Origin: Podarcis erhardii
Lineage: Eukaryota
Assembly (NCBI GenBank): GCA_964252035.1
Contig: OZ176200.1
Length of the DNA stretch: 64,000 nt
Direction: 5' to 3' (one strand)
Position 1 is the stretch's first letter. Every line of letters begins with the position of its first letter. Position numbers and translations under genes: made by a program. Positions 23,605 through 34,842 of this stretch are shown here, one piece after another. The notes below the pieces were generated by a model. That model ran no database searches. It was given only the letters and a program-made list of their open reading frames with translations, and was not told the DNA's origin.

Positions 23605-26600
23605 CACGCGTAAGGAAAAATTAGGCTGATGTTGTAGCCATGGGTTCACTTGTGGGACTCATTTCCAAAACAGAGATTGCAGGCTAGGAAAGTCCCAGTC
23701 ATTAGAGATACCAGGATACGCATCAAGGATTCTGGAATTAAGAAGCAGCTGTTTCTTTTTGTCGTCATCACTTTTGATAGAAAACTAGACTAATTTCAGC
23801 CTCGTTTCGCTCACATCCTGCTTTTGTGCTTCTTGTATAATGTTTGAAAAAGGAAGCTCCAGTTTCAAAAATTTCAGTGTTGCATGGAATCAAATCTAGT
23901 GTGCTCAGAGAGTACAGTGGTACCTCAGGTTACATACGCTTCAGGTTACATACACTTCAGGTTACAGACTCTGTTAACCCAGAAATAGTGCTTCAGGTTA
24001 AGAACTTTGCTTCAGGATGAGAACAGAAATCGTGCTCTGGTGGCGCGGCGGCAGCAAGAGGCCCCATTAGCTAAAGTGTTGCTTCAGGTTAAGAACAGTT
24101 TCAGGTTAAGAACGGACCTCCAGAACGAATTAAGTGCTTAACCTGAGGTACCACTATATTGTATTTAGTAGCTAGACTAAAATATTTCCCCCTACTGTGG
24201 TGTCCACAGAGACCTGGGTGAGTGAATGTGGGTGTGCATGTTTCAGGTGGGATAGAGAATGGTTGACTTCTGGGAAAGAGATTTCAGAACAATGGCTGGT
24301 TGAAAGATAGTATTGATCTGTTTCCTCCTGGTCTTGATTAATGGCGTTTTATTAATATAGTCATTTCTTAAATAAACAACAGTGTCCTTGCCCTTCCTGT
24401 TTATCAGTGAGGTGAAGTCTGGTGATAGCCATCCAGTGGGTCTGTGGGAACCTTTGACATTAATGGCCCTGTCTGTCATCTTTCTGCCCCCCCCCCAACT
24501 ACGCTTTATCTCTATATGCCATTGGCATCACGGGGGTCCTCTGTTAGGAATGACAAATGCCTACTTCAGAAGATATGTATATGGGGCACAATAATATACA
24601 ATTGAACAAGATCACTTCTCCTCCCTTTTCCCAGCACACTCATCACAGTTTCCTTCTCAAATGCTCCTGGAACTGCCTGATTAGTGCCCACTTGGCTTAG
24701 TTAATGGATGCCTGTAGGCTGCCAATTCCCGTGGTGTCTGGGCTCTACATGAAGCAGACCCAAGTAGTCTAAAACAAAGTATGAGCATGTGAAGATGCAG
24801 AATAAATAAAAGGAGCCCTTTGTATTTTTGCCCCAGCTGGAAAACACTTGTAGTGTCGGGTGGTGGTGGTGGTGGCAGCAGAGGGAATGATACAAAGCGT
24901 TGCCATACATCAGGCATTGCTGCGTGATACATGGTAGGTTTTTCCCTTCCTTGTAGCACCTGCAGTGCCTAGATTATGCCAAGTGGGCTGCTCAGATTAG
25001 TTTGCAGTGAGTAGAGCTGCCATCTAGCCCATCCACATCATCTCAAGCACTGATGGCCAAAATTCTGGAGTTTGCTCAGAGAATTAGCCAAACTGATTTT
25101 CCAGCTAATCCATCAGAAGCAGGGAACCTCAATAGAGGAAAAGCTGCTCTGGACAGAAGTGGGGTGTGTGTGTGTGTGTGTGAAAGAGAGAAAAATGATT
25201 GCTAATGCCTGCACAAATCTGGGAGTTTTAAACTTTGAGTTTCCATCACAATTTGTGACAGCCCTAGAGAAGCCACAAGCTTTCCCAGAAGATAAGATAC
25301 TGATCATCTCCACTATAGGTGTAACAAATGGAAAATGAGGCATAGAAATGTACTTAAAGCAGGGTTGAGGAACCTCAGGCCTGGGGGTCAGAATGTGGTA
25401 ATTCCTCTTCTTCGTCTGGATGGCGTGAGGTATGTAACTTTTGTTGTTGTTCTTGACTCCTAGACAGATGCCTTGGAATGTGGGATAATATAACCTGCTG
25501 GCTGTCTTCTTCCATTGGGCAAACAGTTAGCGTTCCTTGCCCCAAAGCCTTCCAAATGGTAACTGGGAAAACAGGTAAAACTTAAAACATAACACTTCCA
25601 TAGGCACTGTCTGATGCCAGGCTTTCCTTGTACCCTGTCAAGGATTAAAGGCTGAGTCCTCTGTAACACAGGCTAGAATATGGTTTGTCATGTACTGTTT
25701 TTCTAGGGAAAGTAGAATCTTACCTAGAATCTAGGAGCTGCTTCTAGAAATGTCTGATGCTGCTATCTTAGCCTTGCACAGAGTTATTATTACTATTATT
25801 AATTAAATTTATATACCACCCTTCATCCAAGGATCACAAAGGAAAAAAAGAAAGAGGTAGAAACGTCACAGACCAAGAGCCCTTCTGGGGCTCGGCTTAA
25901 TTGATGTTGCTGGATGTCCCATAAGCTGATTGGCATCAGGAGGCAGAGCAGGTTTCTGCATTTGCTCCTTGCCTATTCCCCTGTGGGGCAATTGCTGTTC
26001 GCCCCAGGCAAGAAGGTGAACAGTAAATTCCTCTCAGGATCCCATTCGGACCAGAGTGTGAATTCTGTAAATGTTATGTTGGCCTTTTCTTTCTGTGACG
26101 TCAAGCAGAATTTGACAAGTGGCACAACCTATTTGGATTTTTTAAAATGTCATTCCTGGACGAATCCACCATCTATCATGGGCAACTGGTTGTGGTGGTT
26201 GTATACATAATCTCTGTATTGATAGGCAGTATGGCACTGAACACCAGCTGCTGGGGAGCCAGAATGGGAACAAAGGCTATTGCCTTCATCTTCTGCTTGT
26301 AGGGTTCCCAGAGGCACCTGGTTAGCCACTGTGTGCAGCAGGATGGTGATTCAGCTGGATCTGTAGCCTGAATCATCTTCTCATGTTCTTGTGCCACACA
26401 TGGAGAGAATTTGGACCAAGATCAGGGCTCAGATCCCAACAATGAAACTTTTTAGGCTTCCTATCTGCAAAATGAGAAAAATAATGGGCTGCCCGCAGAG
26501 TGCCTCTGAGGAAACTGCTTGTTCATATAGATATAGATATGGATCTATAAACACACAGATAGAAGTGGTAATTTCCCCTTCTGGTCCATGGGAATAAAAA

Positions 26601-29600
26601 CGAAGCATAATATAAACAAGGAAAGACGGCTCCTGCCTGATGTATTTGTTCTGTGGTGTTTTCATGGAGCCACAGTGAAGGGTTGCTTTGGATGGTGATT
26701 AAGATCAGTGATAAGCTAAAAACATTAAAACCCATGTAAACATTCTGCATATTTGGGTAATCTTCTCTAGGAAAAGAATGTTTTTAGCAGGCACCGAAAA
26801 GAGTACAGTCAATTGAAGGTGCCTGCCTGATGTTAATGGATGGGGAGTTCTAAATAGTGGGAGCTGCCACCCTAAAATACTGATTTGCTACAAATGGGTG
26901 TTATGTGGCACCTTTGCAGTGCCAGTTCTGCAGATTGCAGCAGTTGAGTGGACATATCTAGGGTAAGGTAAACTGTCTCTTAAGGGCTTTATATTCTAAT
27001 AGTAACACCTTGAACTTGACCCAGCAGCAAATTGGCAACCAGTGCAGATCTCTGAGCACAGGTGTTATATGCAGACAAGGATTCACTCCTGTCAGCATCA
27101 CGTTGCACCATTCTGCATTAACTGCAGCTTCTGGATCAAGCTCAAGGGAAGCCCCACATAGAGTGCATTGCAGTAGCCCAGTCTTGAAGTAACCAATGCA
27201 CGAACTACTGTGGCTACGTTTTCCTGGTGCAGGAACAGTTGTAGCAGTTGTACCAGTTGCAGCTGCAGAAAGGTGCTTCTAGTCACCAAGGTTACCTGAG
27301 CCTCCATTGACAATGCTGGATCCAGAAGACCCTTTCTGGGACTGGCAAGTGTGTATCTGGGCAGGGGGCGGGTGGAGTCTGACTCGGGAGAGGGGGGCAA
27401 ATGTTTGTGGGGACCTGTATCAGCCAGGAGGCAATAATCAGAGGCAGGTGGAGGCTGGTGGAGCACCAGATGGGTTGGAAGGAGAGGAGGAAGAGGCAGG
27501 TCAGGCAAGGGAAGGGCCCATCTGCTTCCCCACCCTCTCCTGTTTCCCAGAACCAGGAGGGAATTGAAAAGGGATGAGCAGAGGAAGATTCCATGCAAGC
27601 ACAGTCTCCAGCTGTGGGTATGCAGTCCGTCAGAGGAAGTTACATAAACTGGCAGAGGAAGAGTGGTCCTCTGTTGCTGCAGCTGCTCCCCAGAGCATGG
27701 AACTGTAGAGGTGACAGGAATCACTTAGCCACAGAACCCCTGTCTTGCCAGGATTCGAGCTCTTCTGGTTCTTCCTCGTCCACTTCACCACTGCATCTAA
27801 GGACTGCACAACCTCTCCCAATTCAGGTGTTATGATTCAGCACCTTAACAGCCTGCTTGAGAGGGTCTGGAAAAGGGACAACGGGGCAGCTTGTCGCCTG
27901 ATCGCTGGGAACACTGCAAAGCTGCTTTGGGCTACAACTCTCTCAACCCCGCTGGCTGGGGCTGAGGCGGATGGAAGTTGTTAGTTCCAGAGCAGCTGGA
28001 AGGACCAGGTCAGGGAAGACGGACAGTCTCTCCCACCAGCTGCCTGCAGATGGAAAACTCAGCCGCTAGAGGGAGCTGATAAAATTGAAACAACTCAGCT
28101 CTTGGCTGTTTTGATTTGTTATGCTTGCTCTGGGCTTTATTGCTTTAATGATGAAGGGTGATAAGAAAACCTTTAAATACATATTGATCAATCATGGCGT
28201 TGCCACAAGACATTTTGGTACCGGACGTGAACCACAAAATGACACGCCAACCTATCTGTCAGGGAAGAAGCAGGAAGAGTATGAGAAGCTGTGTATCAGA
28301 AACCAGGAAGGAATAAAAATCTATATGTGTTGTGTTCCTTGGAGGCCAGATATGCTGCCCCAGTGGATCCTGCTGCCCAAGGTGATCGACTCAACTTGGC
28401 CTTGATCAATCAGTTACATTTTAAACAACTTGAAGCCTAAGTATACGGTACTTAGAAAGGAGCCAGTCTCATTGAACATAGTGAGACTTACTTCCAGTTA
28501 ATATACTTGGGATTTAACTGCATACCATTTACCGTACTATACTATAGGTGACTGATGCTAGTGCTTTATGGTTCACAGCATGCCATAACAGCCACAGCGT
28601 AAGTGCAACCAGTTGTGTGATATATCTCCGCACTTGCAATCCTGAAATGATGTTTTCATTCTTGGGAACCATTTATTTTTATGGTGCCAACAATGAACTT
28701 TGTTCCTTGTAGAACAAAAAAGTAAAACAGAGACAGAAGCAGGAATGTCTGTGTTCAGACAGAGTCACTTAATTGCTCTTAAACATAACAGGATTAATGC
28801 ATCTCTTTGGAACATAATGAATATAGCTATTTTTGTCCATGGTTTAAGAACAGTAAACAATTTTCTGCTCTACTAATGGCTAATCTTGAAAATGCTTTGC
28901 TGAAACAAGCCAGCTTTATAAACTACAGTTTGAAATTGGCTTGTTTCAGCAAACCATAGTTAAGATGAACCACAATTTGCCCGGGTTCTGACATCACAGC
29001 AAGCTGCAGGTAATCTAAAAAGGAAGCAAAAACTTCCAGACTCCACCATGTGGTCTTGAATGTGTATATACTGTATAATAGTAGCTTTCACCAGTGCTAA
29101 TTGCAACTACTAACTGTATGACTTATTTTGTTTCTGTCTTTGCAAACCAAGGGTTTATATATCGTAACTGCACCAAGGATGGCTGGTCAGAAAAATATCC
29201 AAGACCCTATATTGCTTGTGGTTTAAATGTGGAAGAGATTAATGCTCCTATAGTTGCATGGCAGCGTAGGGTAAGTACAAATAATCAGTACAGTATCCTA
29301 TGGGCACTTTCAAACAGTTGCTGTTTGGGGGTGGAATTCAATACTGAAAATTCAGGTTGGGCAATTATAGTTGATTGGAAGGTCTTTCACAATAAACCTG
29401 CTTCCCCAAACATGACCTTTTGTGATAAGGAAAGTGAAGGAGAAATTCACTGGGCAATGTGGGATGACATTCGCCCTAAAGCAATGTCATCAAACAAACC
29501 AGGATGAATGCTCAACGGGCAGGTCATCGGGAAGCATCAGAAGTGGGGTGGAAGTGGTTTGAGCACACATTCCCTGTATTCCTGGGTATTTCTGCTTGTT

Positions 29601-32600
29601 TAGATTGACCTACTAAGCCACAGGTGGAAAACCCATTAGGATATCCTCTCACCAGACTCTTTTGAATCTGCATCATTTCCTGATAACTCTGGATGAGGTT
29701 CCTGCTGATATTCAAAAACTGGAGCCAGAGGAGAGGAGGAGAATCCAGTTCCATGGCTCTGTCTTCTGTTGTGCTTTTAAAACTGCTGCTTGTTTGATTT
29801 TAGCTGTTGTTGACTTTGCTTCATAGTTTGTTTTGTTTTTAGGCTGTACTTTTATTGTACTTGTTTTTAGATTGGCATAGAAAGGTGGGATATAGAAATA
29901 TCGTAAATACATATGTTTTCGTTCTGCAGCGGAAAAAGTGCGCTCAAGCCACCTATACCACACTTTTAGATATCTGCCTTCATCCTATGCGTTTATCTTC
30001 CGCCAGTGGCTTACTCAGGTTTGAAACACAGCACTAAAGAGCAGAGTAGGAAAAGGTGTTGCAAATAGCCCCACCTGGTGACAAAACATAGTATTATTCA
30101 GTCATAATACAAACAGAGCCTTTCTCCCTTCAAAAATTTGTTATAGGACAGCAGTCTGTTTTAAGTGACTGAAGCTCAGTTGGGACTAGTTATACACAAG
30201 CGCAGTTGACATGGAAGCAAAGCCTACTGCCAGGCCATTGATTTATGGTACACTAATACTGTACTTGTAGACAATGGTAAAACAATTTAAATATGTTGTC
30301 AACCACTTACAACCCTCTGTGGGGTTTTTGTGTCTCTAAATTTTAAATCTGGCCTAATTCTATCTGGGGCAGTGTTTTCTAATCACTCTGATTGCAGGCA
30401 AAACCAAATTAGTTCATGGTAGTGCTTTTAGAACAAATGATGGGACAGCATGTTCTGGAAAAAGACATGTTGTCACTCTTTTTGAGACAAGTGGGTTTCG
30501 TACACATTCACATCTCTGCCGGGACTGAGTGTACCTGGATGTTTCTTGACAGGTGTCTTACCTGAGGAAGTTGGAGATTGTGTACACCATCGGAACCAGC
30601 GCTTCTCTAGTGGCGCTGACAATTGCCTTGGGCATTCTGGGTTCTTTCAGGTGAAGAAGAATTATTCATTCCTTTTAAAATATTTGTTTCTACTTCCTGG
30701 TTAATCTGTGGAAAAAACCAACCCCCAAATGAATAGTGAAATAAAGTGTTATTTCAAAAGCCGTTCCATTGATCTTTCGTCAGATATTCATTCTGAAAGG
30801 GCTTCCTGTTTTGCACAGTAACAGTGGGGAAGTGTACATTCCGTTCAAACGTCAACAGGCAGAAGTGTATATTCAAGTGGGTAGAAGAAAAAACTTAAGT
30901 TTTAAAACTTAAGCTGTGGATTTGGGAAGATGATCTGTATGTTAGGTGGATATCCTGCTCATTGGATAGGTTTTTCAGGTGGATCTGACGAAGCCTGGCA
31001 AAGAAGCAGTGACTGCATCCCCCCTTTTATTAGTTATTTTGTCTTTCTATTAAAGCAGGGGTGGAACCCACAGTTGTCAAGATGCTATGGACTCCAGCTC
31101 CCATCAGCCCCAGCCAGCATGGCTAAGAGTCAGGGAGGTCTAGTCCGGAAACATCCAGAGGGTCACTAGTTCCTCAGCCTAGTGTTGTGGGAAAGATGAT
31201 CTTCAGTCCAAGAGTTCTCAGTTTTACCATCGATACGTCAGTTTTGCTTCACGATGCTATCAGATCAGGCAATGGTATTGGATGGTTGCAGAGTACTGAT
31301 GAGGTTCCTGTTGATTTGAATGACCATTGCTGAGTGGTACCACACTTTGCCCTATATTCAATCCTCAGTGACTTCAAGTGGCAAGACTGAGATCTTGGAG
31401 AAGCAGTTTCCTGTCAGAGCAGATGCATGGGCATAGCCAAGGGGGGCAAGGGGGTAGCTCCTCCCTTCTAGATCAAGTAAAACCATAGAAATACTTAACT
31501 AACTGACCAATCATGTCAGTTCTGCCTCCCTTCCCAAATCCTGACTACACCCATGAGCAGATGGGTTTGATGGATCAATATTCTGATTCTGCTTTAGATG
31601 GTGTAAGATCTGTTCATATGTCTGATAAAAAACCCAAGCAGTTCCTTGTTTAGAAACCTTCTTGATACTTTTCTCTTTGGGCCACAGACGGCTTCGCTGT
31701 ACGAGAAATTGCATCCACATGCAGCTCTTTGCATCGTTCATTTTGCGAGCTTTGGCAAACTTCATCAGAGATCCTGTCCTGTCTGAAGACACTGACGATA
31801 CCATCTACTGTGAGTTACACATGGTAAGGAAGAAGCCTATAAATATGGCCTACCATCCAGCTCATCACAGGTTGAAGAAAGGTGCCTGAGAATTAAATTC
31901 CCTTTCCATCCCTGTGAGCCATTTTGTCAGGGAAAATGGCAGACTTGAGGTGCAAGCTAATGTGAACTTCCCTGGTGCAGACCCATTGAAAACTGAGGAT
32001 TTACGTATGAGTAAAAAATGCTAAGGAGTGTGCTGTTCATCTGTTTGATTTTGTATGTATGGTCTGAACATAAATAATATATTGTTTATATATTGAGTTG
32101 TTCTTTGGTTTTATGAATACCACAACCACAAGGGGTGGATGTTCAAACTAAATGAATGAAATAATCACAAGGCCAAAGAAACCAAAGAGCAAAACGTGTT
32201 TAAACACAATTTGCATAACGTGTCGTGTGGCATCATGACACTTTACGAGGAAATTAATTGAAGTGCATTAATCAGCTCTTATAAAGATTTCACAAGGGAG
32301 TGAATGTGAACCTCTGTGATTGGCAGTAGGTTTGAAAATGGCAAAACTGTTCAGGACTTGAACAATAATAATTTGTTGCAGACTTGTTGATTTTAAAAGA
32401 TAACATTTTGAATCTTTTACAACATTTTTTTTAAAAAAAGAATACAGCATACATTTAAACATGGATGCTAGTGGTAGAAATAAAACAATCCAAACCAATA
32501 AATAAAATACATGGGTAACAGCGACTTATATCCCATGATATCATACTCAGAACAGACCCATTGATTTAAACAACTTCCATTGATTCCCTCAGGTCTATTC

Positions 32601-34802
32601 TGTGTGTGATTTAGTTGTGTATCACTCAAAATCTACAGTGAGAACGACAAAAAAGAGTGTAGTAATTGTAACAACCACAACCCGACTTTTACACAGGTGA
32701 AGCTCGGGAGCAGGACTGTGAAATGCCTAGGGAAGGGAGACAAAACACATGCTGTTTAGCTTCTGTTCCTCTTTCCTCAGGGTCGATGTAAGATTATCAT
32801 GGTCTTCATTAACTTCTGTATCATGGCTAACTACAGCTGGCTTCTTGTGGAAGGGCTTTATCTTCATACCTTGCTGGTGATGTCTTTCTTCTCCGAAAGA
32901 AAGTTCTTCTGGTGGTTTGTGGTTCTGGGATGGGGTAAGTACCAGTTGACACCAGTGGGGGAGCTGCAACAGAATGCTGCACAGTATTATCCCCCAGTGA
33001 CTCCATTTCAGTCCTTGCTCCGCTTCCCTTGCCTTCCTCACTTTTCTTTGCTTACCCTCATTTCGTGTGTCTCTCACTTCCTGTCTCACTCCATCTCTGG
33101 CACCACAACTTTAAAGCACAAGGCTTCCTGCAAAGAATCCTGGGAGCTGTAGCTACAATTCCTCTTAACAAGCTCCTGCTCCCAGAATCCTTTGGGGGAA
33201 GTCACGTCCTTTAAACGTGTGGTTGTGTACACAGCCTCTGGCTTCCTCTTCTTCATTCCCTGCTCTTGCTCCCTGCTTTATTCCTCTTTCTTTCGTCCTC
33301 TTTGCTACATTGCTTCTTTTGATGTTTCCCCTCCCTCTATTTCTCTTCTTGCCTCCCCACTCGCCGCTTTCTTTCTGTCTCTCGCTATCCTTTGCACAAC
33401 TTTGAGGTGTGTGATGGAGCAGGGTTTGCAGGGGCAGAATGTATTGCTTACACAGCTGAGGTAACAAAAACATTTCAAAGAAGCCAATAATATGCATGCA
33501 TAGTCCTCAGCAGCCAGGCTCTTTTTTGTTGTTGCTCCCTTTTGAGTTGGGGACAAATGAACTGAAACATGATGTGCTTGTGTATAGCTTCATATTCCCT
33601 GGGTATACAGTGGTACCTCGGGTTACATACGCTTCAGGTTACATACGCTTCAGGTTCCAGACTCCGCTAACCCAGAAATATTACCTCGGGTTAAGAACTT
33701 TGCTTCAGGATGAGAACAGAAATTGTGCAGTGGCAGTGCAGTGGCAGCAGGAGGCCCCATTAGCTAAAGTGGTGCTTCAGGTTAAGAACAGTTTCAGGTT
33801 AAGAACAGACCTCCAGAACGAATTAAGTTCTTAACTCAAGGTACCACTGTATCAGGGGAACTTCTCTTTGGTTTGTGGTTGTTCCCATTTTGCTTCAAAT
33901 TGATTGGCACAGATTGGCGTCAAAATATTCATTTAGCTGGTGATGGGATAGCTGCTTATTCCTGCTTTACAGGCCAGATAATCCTCAGGGTCCCTTCCAA
34001 CTCTACAGTGCTATGATTTCCTGTGCGTTGTATGATTAAGGGCTTTCCCACACTTCCGCTTAGTCTCTAGCTCTAAATTGGAACAAAGGGCAATCCGCAA
34101 AACACCTGAACTGCTATTTGCTCCAAGTGAGCTCTAAAGAGCGGTTTTTGCTGTGGGCAAAAGGAGTGGGAGAAGAGGAAGTATGGAAAAGCCTTAAGGG
34201 TTGATGGGTGGGTTCCTCTTTTTTTCTTTACTGCAGGCACTCCAACTTTCTTTGCAATTGCATGGGTCACGGCCAGACTATTACATGAAAATGTTGGGTA
34301 AGTTGTGTTTCCATTACATCTTTCCATGCTCTGTATTTATTAGTGTTGCCTCAGCTGTGTGCCCACAGAACCTTTGACAGCTGGTTTCAAATGGCTGCAA
34401 TCCTATTTTCTTGCAATATTTTGAAACACTGAGACAAGAAGAGAATAACAGTAGCAGTTCAGTTGCAATTAATACTGATCAAACCACTCCTAAAAATAGT
34501 GTGTACTGTATCCCATTATACAAGTGCCTGGCCAGTATAAAAAAATCTGCAGCTTCCTTGTGAAAACAGAATCCGTTCTTTTCTCTTTGCCATCTCCCAC
34601 TGCCCAGACATATATTGTCTCAAGCAATCCCCATCATTCTATGCTGGGGAACTCAGGCCAGTTAATCTGGTTTCAAACCATGTTTATGTCTTTTGTTCTG
34701 TTCCAAGAACCACTTGTAGCCTTCATTTGTCATCTAGAACTCATACTTTTATTATTATCAATAAAAGAAAATAGGCAGAGTTTTAATCTGAACATCACAT
34801 CA

Positions 34803-34842
<40 letters not shown>

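Noticed and set aside
27098-27724. 208-aa ORF as a host gene
   Set aside because: Only the last third is meaningful and it is L2 ORF2; the rest is low-complexity read-through.
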